The position numbers and the translations under genes are program-made. A stretch of DNA of 38,966 bases from positions 1 through 38,966 of IMG/VR virus record IMGVR_UViG_3300032231_000265; one strand, written 5' to 3'. Under the pieces are notes generated by a model that worked only from the letters and a program-made list of their open reading frames with translations, was not told the origin of the DNA and made no database searches. Source of the stretch: a virus (lineage: Duplodnaviria; Caudoviricetes). Shown here in pieces: positions 11,001 to 19,732 of the stretch; the first letter of the stretch is position 1; the number at the start of each line of letters is the position of its first letter.

Positions 11001-14000
11001 ACTTCGCGATCCAGATGTACGGTCGTGGGCCGATGTACGCTCGCGACACATCGCACAGTGACCACCTGAGCCACCACAACTTTCAGGGTGACCTGCCGGT
11101 GAGTGGCACGACAGTCGGTCACATGCGCACCACGCTGATGTATGACGCTGATCCTGCACCACCGACAGCGCCGAATCCTGACCATCAGGGGCACGTGACG
11201 TATCTGGGTGAGCTACAGGCCGATTGGCAGCAGTACGTCTCTCAGGCATTCAACTCACCCGAAGAGCAGGCAGCTGGAGCGTCTCGCATCAGCACCAACT
11301 TCATAACGCTGGTTAGTCGCACCAAGGACCTGTCCGCTGCGTTCAGCCAGAAGGTGAAGTTGGAGTTGGAAGCAATATTGAAGGTGCCGCTGACAGATGA
11401 GCAAGCCGAGGCTGCATTCAGTCAGGTCAGGTCGTACTGGAATACGTGGGACTCAACAGGGGAGCCTGAGTTCACGGCACGCCTTACTCTTGCTGAGCAG
11501 GAGGGTGGCGCAGCTGGTCGTATGGCTGAGCTGAAGGTGTTGCTTAATGAGAACCCAGTGGGTAAGGCGTTCGCATTGCAAGGGAAGGCTGGAGCTGCTC
11601 GTAACGTAGTGAAGCAGATGATAAATGCGCTCGATGCTCTCAAGGATAAGTACCCACCACTGAACGTGCAGAGCAAGCAGTACGTCTCTGACATCAGGCT
11701 ACACGAAGCGCTCGATTCTGCCGCCATCAATAAATATATATGGCAACTGCAAGAGACGCTCACCAAGGTAAGTAATCAGCTGGAATACGCTGACCGATCA
11801 GACAACGCTTCTGAGGTTGCCGACTATCTGAATCAGGGCCTGAAGCGCCTCGATAACTGGCCTAAGAACGTAGGTGATGACCTGATCAGGAGATCGCGCT
11901 ACTCGACATACCAGACCAGAATCCCAGCCCTGATGAATGAGGTCTTGGATGTTTTTCAGACCACGCTGGATGGCGCTCAGCTGAGCAACAAGGGCTTGGC
12001 TACCGTCGAAGAGCTTGAGGGTCACATCAACAAGACTGGTTCGAGAACCATCGTCATAGAGAGCACGGCTCTTGATGATAACGGCATCAGCACAGCTGGC
12101 GATAACGGTCAGGACATCATGGAGTTCTTCAACCAGATGTCAGGTAACAACGTCGCAGCTGGTGGCAACCCTGCTATTGACATTAGTCCGAGATTCGATG
12201 CTGATGGGAATATAGTGTTGAACATCAGTGGTCCGATCGAGGCAATTGATGCAGCCACAGCGTTTGTTCCTGACCTGCTGAAGTACTACGCGAAGAACCT
12301 GTACAGTATTAAATGGAAAGACCGTGAGCGTGAGCGTGTCCAGCGGATCGTCCAGCAGTCTGAGCAAAATGCTTGGACCTCACCCAATGACATTGACTGG
12401 GAGACGATGAAGGAGTGGGCGAAGTTTGAGGCAGTCGATCTTGACAACCCTGACAGTTGGAACGATGACGCGAAACACATCATAGAGCACCACGGCATTC
12501 GGGGAAGAACGAAATACATAGAGGATAATATTGATCGTCGTGTTAGTCGTGATGCGTGGCAGCTGAATGAAAAACTTGACCAGATGAGAATTGATGAGTT
12601 CACGACAGAGGATGGTCAGCCTATCTCACGTGAGCGTGCTGAATACACGAGCGAGATCACTGCCGATGGCAACAACGACCGTGCTGAGCGGTGGCTAAGA
12701 TATGCGCTGTCTAATGCTAAAGATCGAGCGAGGGCGGCGGCTCAGCAGCCGGGTGGAGAAGCGTACGAGCAGGCACACAAGGAGCTTGCTGAGCAGTTCG
12801 ACCAATCACCGGCTGGGCTGTTCGTTGGTCTTCTGCCTGCCAAGATAGGTGATCCAGCTCCGGGCTTTGAGCATGGCAATATAGAAAAAGAGACACCAGT
12901 CTACTTCTTCAAGAAAGACCCCGGCAAATACTGGCAGACGTGGATTGGCAGAGAGAATCAGGTTTACCATCAGGAGCGAGCGGACCTCAGTAACGTGCAG
13001 GATCAGGTTGCCTACTGGGTTAATGAACACTTCGAGTGGCACGCCAGCAGCAGGGATTTCCCCGACCTGTACTCGAAAGGCAAGAAGGATTTCCTGCGCA
13101 CGTTCCCGAACCCGTTCTATGACACCACTGACGTAAAGTCTGCGGCTGACATTCCAAAAGAGCAGGAGCCTAACTGGGATGACGTTACCAGCGGCATCTT
13201 GTCTCAGAGCAAAACGATTGAGGGGATCGAAGAGCACGGTGAATCGAACTTCCTATTTGAGGAATCCATAAGGCTCAACAAGAAAAAACATCGCAATGAC
13301 TGGATTCCAGACATGCCGATGAGCGACGAGGACGTTCGCGCTCTGTTCCTGAAGGGCCTCCTTGCTGATGCGGTCAGGCGAGGCGTTCCGCGTATCGCTT
13401 GGTCAGGTGGCCTTGCGTCCACGAAGCGTGGGGGTAACTGGGATGCTCGCTGGACCAATGTCACGAAGATCACATGGTCTCGTGAGAAGATGAAGATTCG
13501 CGGCAAGGAGAAAGAGGTCCTTGTCCTTCAGGGTGACGCGACGGCTGATGGCAACTACTTCGGTGGATGGTCTGAGCCGTTGGTTGTTGACACGTCTGCG
13601 CAGGCGCTGGGCACTGTGCTTGGGCAGAAAGAGCGACAGGCGATACTGGACCAGATCAGGGGCAAGACTCAGGCGCGTCAAGAAACTACCATTGAGCCGC
13701 AGGAGAACGACATCCAGATCAGTGGGTCTGGTGGCGGCGCGTTCTACCTGACGCTCAGTGGATCAAACGACATTCTGCACACAGCCGTAACACTGGAAGA
13801 TGCTACCGCGAAGAGGGCTGAGCTATTCGCCGCTGCTCAAGCAGCAGGTGGCTGGCCTAACACGCAGCAGACATCTGGCGCTCCAACAACGTCAGTGTTT
13901 GGTGGTGAGTTCCTTGATAGTGGAGTGATCCACGCTGATGAGTTTGGCACCACACCGATGCGCGTTCTGGTAGGTCAGTCGCTGTCACAGATAACAGCGA

Positions 14001-17000
14001 GTGAGGGCTACATCCCAACGCTGGACATCACGACATCGGATAGCGTCGATCGCTATTGGTGGTGGGAGCGTGGCGCTCGCTTCTCTTACGACCAGCTGAC
14101 CTACAAGGCATGGGACAACATACTCAAGAGGTATAACTCCAAGATAGAAGAGGGAGTGATTAAAACCAATGAGTATGACAGCCCGTTCAGTTTGTCAGGT
14201 ACTAGCCTCGGTGAGACGCGGGTCCCAGTTATACCAGCTGATCTTGTTCAGCAGCATGGCAGGATTACTGTCGAACCTGTCTCTGGTCAGCGTCAGGGCT
14301 ACGTGGTTACTGGAGTCGATGACCTCGTGATCCCGCAGGTCTTCGCCAACAGAGGTGAAGCAACTGCCGCAATGGACGAATTCATCAGGGTCAACTCAGG
14401 ACAGCCAGTCAACGCAGCAAGGGTTTTCCAGATCACCATCACCGATGAAATGCGTGCGGAGTTCTCGAAGCCTCAGCCGTTCATGCACTACGATCCGTAT
14501 GAGGACCCGGTGCTGAAGTCTGCTGCTGAGAGAATCGGCAGTAAGCTGCCCAAGTTCCGTGACCGCTACAACCAGTTCAAGCAGACGTGGAAGGACGAGG
14601 CGCATCAGGGGATGTTCGACAAGTTCTACGGCATCAAGTATGCGTTGCAGCGTGCTGAAGTGTGGGACGAGCTGGACGCGGAGAACAACCCGTACATACA
14701 GTCTCGCTTCACAACGTCACTAGACTCAGTGATGAAAGCGGTACTTGAGTTTGGTTACCCAGTCTGGAAGGAGGGCATTACCCAGACTGAGGGCATGGGG
14801 TTGCTGGAAATATTTCAGCCTATTCTCAATGACGTTGAGACATGGGCTATGTACATGGCAGGCAAGCGCTCGAAGGGGCTGCTTCTCGAAGGCGTGTCAT
14901 CGCTCACTGCTAATGAGATAGCACAAATTCATGCGATCGCTAAGGACAACTTCAAGGGCAACAAGCAAGAAAGGCTGATGTCATTGCTCGCGTACTGGGC
15001 AGCATCGCAGGACGCAGGCAGCGACAACAAGGTGATGGCTGATGCAGCCAGATCAGCTATCGATGAGCTGCGCGGAGAGATGAAGAAGGGCCACAACCTG
15101 AGTCAGCTCGACAACAGCAACGCCAAGCTCGACAAGATAATTGAGGGTGGTAGGGAGCGGAACTTCAGACCATACGAGATCAAGAAGATGGCTGACCTTG
15201 GCAACCACTTCACCCAGTTCGAGAAGGTGGCTAAGGACTATGCTGCGTTTAACAAGAAGGTGCTCGACTACGCGCAGGAAGCCGGGATCATCAACCCTGA
15301 GACAAGGCCACTCTGGGAGAACGCAGACTACATTCCGTTCTACCGTGTACAGGACGACAGGCTGGCTGGTGGGCTTGGCAAGGGAGTGGGTATTGCGAAC
15401 CAGCCGCACCAGATCAAGAGGCTCACTGGCGCTGAGGATAATGTTGGTGACCTGATGCACAACATCATGACCAACCTGACCAATCTGGTCGATGCCTCAA
15501 TGAAGAACCATGCGGCTCGAATGACGGTCGATGCTCTCAAGGAGAGCGGCATCATTCAGAGGAAGCCGATGACTGTTGAGCAGAAGCTGGTATCGATGGA
15601 TCAGATCAGGAAGAAGCTGATCGAGCGCGGCCTGAACCCTGACTCAATACCTAAAGACGCTCTCTCTGGGTTCCAGCAATCGTTCGCGCTGACACCACCA
15701 AGCGGTGAGGGTGTGATCTCCATCATGCGTGATGGCAAGAAAGAGTTCTACTACACCGACGACATGCTCCTGTATCGATCGATGTCATCGATCAACATGA
15801 AGCAGTTCGGTGAATGGATAGGGCTACTCAGAGGGCCGAAGCGCCTGCTGACCACCATGGTCACGCTGGACCCCGGCTTCATGCTTGCCAACTTTGTTCG
15901 AGACTCAGCCTCAGCGTTCGTGCTTAGCCGGGATCACTTCGTCCCTGTCGCTGGAGCCGTCAGGGGCTTTGGTCAGGCGCTCATTAAGGATGAGGCAATG
16001 CGCACCATGCTGTCAGCAGGTGCCGCGTTTGAGAGTGGCTACATCAACGCTGCTGACCCGACCGCTACGCACAGACTGCTGAAGAAGGCGCAGCGCAAGA
16101 AGGGCTTCGCCCGGACGATCATTGGCTCACCACGCTCAGCGTTCGAGGCTTACAGGGCACTGGGGTCAGCGGTCGAGAACTCGAACAGACTGGCTGTGTA
16201 CAACGCAGCGATCGCAGCAGGCAAGAGCAAGGCTCAGGCAGCGTTCGAGGCAAAGGACCTGATGGACTTCTCCATGAGCGGTGATTGGCCTGTGATTCAG
16301 TTCCTGATTCAGACTGTGCCGTTCATGGGCGCTCGTTTGCAGGGTATCCACAGGCTTGGTCGTGGTGTGCATGAGCACCCACTCGCGTTCACCATGAAGG
16401 GCGCATTGATTGGCATGGCTGGTCTGGCACTCTGGTTTACGTACAAGGAAGACGAGCGCTACAAGGACTTGGAAGAGTGGGACAAGGACACTTACTTCCA
16501 CTGGTGGATTGGTGAAGAGCACTACCGTCTGCCGAAGCCGTTCGAGGTTGGTGCCATCTTCAACACGATCCCAGAGCGGTTCTTCGAGGCGATGTACTCA
16601 GAAGAGAACGACGCTGGCAAGCTGCTCCTGAATCGGTTCGGCTGGATGCTCACTGAGACCTTCTCCATGAACCCGATTCCGCAAGCAGTCAAGCCGCTGG
16701 TCGAGTCGTACTTCAACTACAACACCTTCCAAGAAAGGCAGATCGTCAGTCCCTACGAAGAGCAGCGGATGGCACCTGAGCAGTACCGCTACAACACCAA
16801 CCCAACGTGGATCGAGCTGGCTCGAATCATGCCGGGTGGCGTTGATACGATCAGCGAAAAGATCAGGTCGCCACTGCATCTTCAGAACCTGTACGCGGGT
16901 TACATGGGCACGCTGGGACGGTACTTCGTGATGGCGAGTGACGCGATGATTCGCGAGAAGATGGGCTACCCAGAGGAACCTGACTGGCGCAAGGGCGACT

Positions 17001-17560
17001 ACGTTGTGTTGGGTCGGTTCTTCCGTGGCGACAATCCGCGCCGGACCAAGTACGAAGAAGAGGTCTACAACCTGATCAGGAAGGTCACGAAGATTCAGGG
17101 GTCGATGAGGTTCCTTGATAAGACCGAGCAGTTCGACAGGCTCGACATGATCGAGGATGACTGGGAAGCATACATCGACATCGCGCAGGACCTTGAGGGC
17201 ATCCGTGAGGACGTACAGGACATCAACAAGGAGATCATGTACATCTGGCAGGACCCGAAGATGGGCGGCGAAGAGAAGCGCAGGCGCGTCGATGATCTAC
17301 AGCGTGAGAAGAACGTGCTGTTCAAGGAAGGCTGGGAGCTTCGACCGGGTGGTCAGGCTGGTGCCGGTCAGCGCAAGCTGGGGATGGAGGACGTAAGGTT
17401 CATCATCGATCAGTTTGGCGTTGATGACGAGATCGATGAAAAGATTAGGGACGCGCTGCCTGCAACGGCATCACTCATGGAGGGGCTTGATTCGCTCAAC
17501 ATGAGAGAGCTTGAGAGGCTGGCAGCAATTGTATCTGACGAAGCGAGAGGACAGCAGTAA
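5033..17560 (+). CDS. Giant polyvalent virion/ejection protein (4175 aa) with GGDEF-like, zincin-like and LPD38-like domains
   Basis: GGDEF-like ITGLQNRR..DLD..VNDNMGHNAGD..SGDEF (SGDEF at 8021); HEIVGHYG plus EEYIA (from 9410); C-terminal DLMDFS..VPFMGARLQG..RLPKPFEVG..NPIPQAVKPLVE resembling LPD38; sits between ejection genes and lysis. Confidence 0.8.
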   Translation: MSTPQQQELERAQQARERASAAGDSDAVNAIDGYISQIQQSIGSIEQEDDDRDPDLFPGVSGPALSPQERKLKIGALERAQLEVGPTAGEIEEKGALFGGWGQGLTPEVFESSRRAEQVRQRAAQGGGLNPLTDREQQAMAEIEGFERDQNLPDANFAEAQQYRPASTDKRAPDGPLMPGDRLVVDPETGQVRKAAKSPETLAERRIAERKLSDASAQVKTGTQQMIANRLLSEEAEIESRKLTQQIIFEQLSEQEQKRLKEQFKGKEIKDVAPAAFIKAVEANPENQDVLDGISGDESWEIVKERWRRIGNKILGLRAPYPGMAEAHNITGAADPQGDVFGIETNLVPEGFYEGKGKDAPLYPGASEHMQEYLNSANSIHFYENVIQPAFKAEDKETGREIMPGERLSKYVEKVRQETYSPEALEKKKKRFVAEDATFYNPFSWADGTTAMPWDDFDAFMIHVFENTPQIAVGIIAARMGGRGGAGLAGRIHAGQRLSRIETMRRRASGIGGAASGGGTEGLLIHDAVKEQITQGMNELENEAFENSPYYLSMIEAGFPDEVARQVLTAETARLGGKTAFVGSGLLMGAPMGYLFGRAAAGRIGGSLQREGALQTVGRIGTAGGLEAIQEGSQEVSEDVITNLGMRAVDPDRPIFDDVLNTFMGGALISFVPGALGGVQRSDPAGLTKEDKTVMDATQDYMDATNRRYSFEASITSPQYIENTAPQQRLSDLKKLEKLQEKEAQQILANQDVMRDHLTKKGGPTADTELMMLDRLVARANATLTDIAVARSRRTTSTQALEQYKREQSERKYIQNQIDDQVLEIHDIARLANNIDKVQQGEALTSPEEYKELIKQGWAKETESGEFIILPKGSRALNHLVQQHESLIKKLEKGYTGVDRRSEGNAELRAKMDAMTEDEFETAIYRREITGLQNRRAMNERLEKDPDAQSFAYADLDSLGWVNDNMGHNAGDKFLMTAGQAFLEEDGKNGIQVYHVSGDEFVMSGKTEADVEAAMKRVRDRMAAKPIKAGMDQFNPSLTWATGETVEAADAANNRMAESRKVSGKRAAKGGAPVSHKDIGSTQGVLLDRAGGSQSRRGTTYFEGITRDDRTTKSGKRIEYFVDESDESGSVVFKRRIDGKVSNSSSVNIEASEFIPMLDSESRDQFEEMYADEQDVQVSIKSVKTNPKTGEKIYEVRVSAEGSIKVDMTFIGEAGPIQDDMFGAEPAQWSDIRREIEIGDEVEIITPENRVVTGTVSMVTRKRGRDRIKVFVEGHEVTFNPFKNWMIEPKNPNALRDISPQAAVNQAMPGSQPNVVPDIMIGRVGRDGQWYADMSALGTEYQYQGETWQAPRELAPTLPRATKKKRRKAETVVRALFGKYKNLPRIQLWDSWDDIPDEIQQAIYDEGGTAHSTRGWFDHNDPSRGVHIILPNAINIVERRIKGLNETEIIERAVAETLFHEIVGHYGIRGLIGNETELRSLMHQLVDSMSGKRRKSMYNLLGLSQMHPQNRPVWKELDENQRRKELQKWDAEKQLVGEEYIAYMVGDNHAKLSEPDPETKGIIKKIIAWVKSWMVRNDYAKYFHNPAKTAVKKAAKNERITDDDVANLIAQAQDFVRYRSEWHWTSLGGDTSSLVSQGLRLMRDGDIFQSGLVTAIEYGKTEQLIWRTEKKDYNIKSKGELKRIKKQVPNGEEISGKLPIFPAEGTIAEYKAAIELAVNEGYVTQNEVKTQRIIAFLDNLSQADLATYLPRSSRDPWWLNQMQPVRESLMTAAKIAEWNDQGIDPNTILPEDKQMTTEEAYKLLLSQNEIVWKNQGDDTEHRFGGKDYDDVTDGDIEQLKALPSVLRRAYEQAQETVLSETKIGKRQKVPRELLTAYMNGEKVIRISFKTLAMRTGSMEESAREVLGEDEFNEIHNDYGFVDIDEWVNDERIDEEAAAEIRHAHDESQAKGYNIGYNEQSGEWFDVAPSSAAHTSYMPHYEASVDGSARNFAIQMYGRGPMYARDTSHSDHLSHHNFQGDLPVSGTTVGHMRTTLMYDADPAPPTAPNPDHQGHVTYLGELQADWQQYVSQAFNSPEEQAAGASRISTNFITLVSRTKDLSAAFSQKVKLELEAILKVPLTDEQAEAAFSQVRSYWNTWDSTGEPEFTARLTLAEQEGGAAGRMAELKVLLNENPVGKAFALQGKAGAARNVVKQMINALDALKDKYPPLNVQSKQYVSDIRLHEALDSAAINKYIWQLQETLTKVSNQLEYADRSDNASEVADYLNQGLKRLDNWPKNVGDDLIRRSRYSTYQTRIPALMNEVLDVFQTTLDGAQLSNKGLATVEELEGHINKTGSRTIVIESTALDDNGISTAGDNGQDIMEFFNQMSGNNVAAGGNPAIDISPRFDADGNIVLNISGPIEAIDAATAFVPDLLKYYAKNLYSIKWKDRERERVQRIVQQSEQNAWTSPNDIDWETMKEWAKFEAVDLDNPDSWNDDAKHIIEHHGIRGRTKYIEDNIDRRVSRDAWQLNEKLDQMRIDEFTTEDGQPISRERAEYTSEITADGNNDRAERWLRYALSNAKDRARAAAQQPGGEAYEQAHKELAEQFDQSPAGLFVGLLPAKIGDPAPGFEHGNIEKETPVYFFKKDPGKYWQTWIGRENQVYHQERADLSNVQDQVAYWVNEHFEWHASSRDFPDLYSKGKKDFLRTFPNPFYDTTDVKSAADIPKEQEPNWDDVTSGILSQSKTIEGIEEHGESNFLFEESIRLNKKKHRNDWIPDMPMSDEDVRALFLKGLLADAVRRGVPRIAWSGGLASTKRGGNWDARWTNVTKITWSREKMKIRGKEKEVLVLQGDATADGNYFGGWSEPLVVDTSAQALGTVLGQKERQAILDQIRGKTQARQETTIEPQENDIQISGSGGGAFYLTLSGSNDILHTAVTLEDATAKRAELFAAAQAAGGWPNTQQTSGAPTTSVFGGEFLDSGVIHADEFGTTPMRVLVGQSLSQITASEGYIPTLDITTSDSVDRYWWWERGARFSYDQLTYKAWDNILKRYNSKIEEGVIKTNEYDSPFSLSGTSLGETRVPVIPADLVQQHGRITVEPVSGQRQGYVVTGVDDLVIPQVFANRGEATAAMDEFIRVNSGQPVNAARVFQITITDEMRAEFSKPQPFMHYDPYEDPVLKSAAERIGSKLPKFRDRYNQFKQTWKDEAHQGMFDKFYGIKYALQRAEVWDELDAENNPYIQSRFTTSLDSVMKAVLEFGYPVWKEGITQTEGMGLLEIFQPILNDVETWAMYMAGKRSKGLLLEGVSSLTANEIAQIHAIAKDNFKGNKQERLMSLLAYWAASQDAGSDNKVMADAARSAIDELRGEMKKGHNLSQLDNSNAKLDKIIEGGRERNFRPYEIKKMADLGNHFTQFEKVAKDYAAFNKKVLDYAQEAGIINPETRPLWENADYIPFYRVQDDRLAGGLGKGVGIANQPHQIKRLTGAEDNVGDLMHNIMTNLTNLVDASMKNHAARMTVDALKESGIIQRKPMTVEQKLVSMDQIRKKLIERGLNPDSIPKDALSGFQQSFALTPPSGEGVISIMRDGKKEFYYTDDMLLYRSMSSINMKQFGEWIGLLRGPKRLLTTMVTLDPGFMLANFVRDSASAFVLSRDHFVPVAGAVRGFGQALIKDEAMRTMLSAGAAFESGYINAADPTATHRLLKKAQRKKGFARTIIGSPRSAFEAYRALGSAVENSNRLAVYNAAIAAGKSKAQAAFEAKDLMDFSMSGDWPVIQFLIQTVPFMGARLQGIHRLGRGVHEHPLAFTMKGALIGMAGLALWFTYKEDERYKDLEEWDKDTYFHWWIGEEHYRLPKPFEVGAIFNTIPERFFEAMYSEENDAGKLLLNRFGWMLTETFSMNPIPQAVKPLVESYFNYNTFQERQIVSPYEEQRMAPEQYRYNTNPTWIELARIMPGGVDTISEKIRSPLHLQNLYAGYMGTLGRYFVMASDAMIREKMGYPEEPDWRKGDYVVLGRFFRGDNPRRTKYEEEVYNLIRKVTKIQGSMRFLDKTEQFDRLDMIEDDWEAYIDIAQDLEGIREDVQDINKEIMYIWQDPKMGGEEKRRRVDDLQREKNVLFKEGWELRPGGQAGAGQRKLGMEDVRFIIDQFGVDDEIDEKIRDALPATASLMEGLDSLNMRELERLAAIVSDEARGQQ

Positions 17561-17985
17561 TGCCATCATTTGGAGCAGACTCACGAGCTGTACTGGACAC
17601 TGTGTGTCCTGAGCTGGTTGAGGTAATGGAAGTCGTAGTCGAAGAGTTCGACATCAGCGCACTGGAAGGTCGGCGCTCATGGGCGCGTCAGGCTGAGCTG
17701 TTACGCCAGAACAAGACGAAGGTTGGTCCGGGTGGGTCCAAGCACAATCCACCCGAAGAAGGGAATGAGTCATGGCTGTCACTTGCCGTCGATGTAGCGC
17801 CCTACCCGATCGACTGGAACGACGCGAAGCGATTTATATACATGGCTGGGTTGATCATTGGTATCGGCAGATCAATGGGATACGATATTCGCTGGGGAGG
17901 AAACTGGGATGAGGATCAGGTGATCCTCGATGACCAGAACTTCGATGACCTGCCGCACTTCGAGTACAAGGGACCACTGACATGA
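17560..17985 (+). CDS. Endolysin, M15-family Zn peptidase (L-Ala-D-Glu peptidase-like)
   Basis: EGRRS..RQ, SKH, AVDVAP, RWGGNW, DLPHFE. Confidence 0.9.
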   Translation: MPSFGADSRAVLDTVCPELVEVMEVVVEEFDISALEGRRSWARQAELLRQNKTKVGPGGSKHNPPEEGNESWLSLAVDVAPYPIDWNDAKRFIYMAGLIIGIGRSMGYDIRWGGNWDEDQVILDDQNFDDLPHFEYKGPLT

Positions 17986-18182
17986 ATCAGGTAACAAAAA
18001 AGGCAGGGATGCTTGTTCCCGGTACTAATCAGGTAAAGATCAATCCATTCGTTACTATGGCTATGACTGTGATCGCATGGGCCGTCACCACATACACCGA
18101 TGTCAGCCCTACGCCAGAGGTGTGGGTTGCTGTTTCTGGTATGGTGTCGTATGCACTTCAGTACTGGCATGGGCCGCGCTAG
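17982..18182 (+). CDS. Holin candidate (two hydrophobic segments)
   Basis: 66 aa; directly after the endolysin with ATGA overlap. Confidence 0.5.
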   Translation: MNQVTKKAGMLVPGTNQVKINPFVTMAMTVIAWAVTTYTDVSPTPEVWVAVSGMVSYALQYWHGPR

Positions 18183-18443
18183 GTGAACGAGATGATCAGC
18201 AACACATTTGAGAGGCACGCACAAACGGCATTGGTTTTGCTGCTTGTCGCGCTATTGGTCTGGGTTGGTAAAACCACTCAGGAGACTGCTGTTGCTATCG
18301 CTGCGTTGAAAGTCGAGATGGAGTTTCTGCGGCAAGAGGCAATAAGGCCACACAATCACGGCGACATTAGCGGTCAGATAATTGCGATCAGGGAGCAGAT
18401 CGAGGACCACATCAGGCGATGTGAGGCAAAGAGCCAACCATGA
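18183..18443 (+). CDS. Single-TM coiled-coil protein, holin/antiholin candidate
   Basis: ALVLLLVALLVWVG followed by coiled coil; inside the lysis cassette. Confidence 0.5.
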   Translation: MNEMISNTFERHAQTALVLLLVALLVWVGKTTQETAVAIAALKVEMEFLRQEAIRPHNHGDISGQIIAIREQIEDHIRRCEAKSQP

Positions 18444-18910
18444 ATCCATACATCACTGGTGGGATGGCGTTGATCATCATACTGCTCAGCTGGCAGCTGA
18501 AGTCTGCCCTTGAGCGCAAGGGTGAGTTGACAGCCAAGCTGGAGACTCAGGCATCAGAGACGCTTGAGTGTACAGATGCCAACGAGACCAGCTTTACGAC
18601 CATCACGCAGCTTGAGAAGGCGCTGGAGGATATAACGGCTGACAGGGCGGCAGATGCTGCCTCACGCGAGGCTGTGCTCGTAGAGCGCGACAGAGAGCTT
18701 TCAGCAGCCAGAGCAGAGAACGAAGTACTAAGGGGTGAACGGGAAGATGAAGCTGATACCAATATTGACTGCGCGGACCTACGCTCTCTTAGCGTTGGCC
18801 TTTTCTGCCCTGTTGCTGGCGACCAGCTGCGCGAGCGATCCAGAGGTCCGGGTGGTAACGAAGACGGAGGTAGTGAAAGTCCCGGTGGAGGTGATCAAGC
18901 CACTCCCTGA
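18440..18910 (+). CDS. i-spanin (Rz-like)
   Basis: N-terminal TM, long coiled coil, C-terminal Cys; overlapped by a lipoprotein ORF in another frame. Confidence 0.8.
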   Translation: MNPYITGGMALIIILLSWQLKSALERKGELTAKLETQASETLECTDANETSFTTITQLEKALEDITADRAADAASREAVLVERDRELSAARAENEVLRGEREDEADTNIDCADLRSLSVGLFCPVAGDQLRERSRGPGGNEDGGSESPGGGDQATP

Positions 18911-19073
18911 GTCGCTGACTGCGCCGCTGCCGTACCCACCAGAGTTACCGGAAGACTATACCGTTGACGACATCATCGAACTGACCTTCGCCCTGTTCGA
19001 TGCCTTAGATTTGGCTAACAGTGACAGGGCGAAGGCAGATCAGCTGACTCAACCCGAACCAGTTCCTCAGTAG
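18747..19073 (+). CDS. o-spanin (Rz1-like lipoprotein), overlapping architecture
   Basis: Signal peptide with lipobox LLATSC, Pro-rich PLPESLTAPLPYPP, LDLANSDRA; ATG at 18747. Confidence 0.8.
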   Translation: MKLIPILTARTYALLALAFSALLLATSCASDPEVRVVTKTEVVKVPVEVIKPLPESLTAPLPYPPELPEDYTVDDIIELTFALFDALDLANSDRAKADQLTQPEPVPQ

Positions 19074-19221
19074 ACGAGACCATGTGGTCGCCATGCTGAG
19101 GGCAGCGCTGGGCCGTCATCTGGTTAGGACGAAACGACTGGACACAGCCACACCCGAAGGCGATATAGATAACCTTCTCGTATGATGTGAAAATTTTCTC
19201 AGTCAACGTGTTCATATTCAC
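19015..19221 (-). CDS. Small hypothetical protein, possible Zn ribbon
   Basis: CGC...CPQH; last gene of the leftward block. Confidence 0.4.
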   Translation of the reverse strand: MNMNTLTEKIFTSYEKVIYIAFGCGCVQSFRPNQMTAQRCPQHGDHMVSSTEELVRVESADLPSPCHC

Positions 19222-19246
19222 AGTATGTGTGAATATCTCTGACTGT

Positions 19247-19447
19247 TCAAGTGTCTGAGAGTTCCTCAGAGACCTTCAGGCGTGTGATCGTGATTCTGGT
19301 AATCTGGTCTTGCAGGTAGTCGATCAGGTCTGAGAGCAGCTCTGGCTGTGCCTCAAGCTCTCTCCGCTCCCTGATCCTGATGACCTCGCCCTGAATGATA
19401 TTGGTTAGGTGTACGTAGTCAGCCATTGAGTATCTCCATCTGACCAA
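19247..19447 (-). CDS. Hypothetical protein
   Basis: In tandem with neighbours; likely start at MADYVHL after GGAG. Confidence 0.5.
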   Translation of the reverse strand: MVRWRYSMADYVHLTNIIQGEVIRIRERRELEAQPELLSDLIDYLQDQITRITITRLKVSEELSDT

Positions 19448-19450
19448 ACA

Positions 19451-19732
19451 TCAGTTTTCTCCTTGTTGGTATTCACAACTTTCTATCTTACTGGTGGGGA
19501 ACATGAATTCGCGTCGTGTTCCATCTTCAGTGAATCGGTACAGTTTGACCATGTGCTTGTTGTAGTACCTCGGTCTCTGTGAAACAAACACCCCTTCCAC
19601 CCGCTCAACTTTGCAGGTCCATTTGTATAGCGTCCGGTCGTGCTCTGTTGAGCAGCCAGACAAAAAAATGAGGATGCCAGCAATAATTGCCAGCATCCCC
19701 AGTGCCAAGAAGACTCTTCCCCGGTGCCTCAT
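19451..19732 (-). CDS. Putative lipoprotein
   Basis: Basic N-terminus, hydrophobic core, lipobox LSGC; ATGA overlap with the upstream gene. Confidence 0.6.
   Translation of the reverse strand: MRHRGRVFLALGMLAIIAGILIFLSGCSTEHDRTLYKWTCKVERVEGVFVSQRPRYYNKHMVKLYRFTEDGTRREFMFPTSKIESCEYQQGEN

Noticed and set aside
5246-17396. Many short antisense or alternate-frame ORFs inside the giant gene (and inside Ro60, helicase and exonuclease)
   Set aside because: Shadow ORFs expected from GC-biased codon usage; no RBS or motifs. Only the Rz/Rz1 overlap is supported.
5033-17560. Virion RNA polymerase (N4- or crAss-like)
   Set aside because: I could not find DxDGD or T7-type polymerase motifs, and the promoters are host sigma70-type. 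A profile search would be needed to exclude it fully.
19216-19238. Inverted repeat ATATTCACA/TGTGAATAT
   Set aside because: Single AT-rich copy without a U-tract; no function can be supported.
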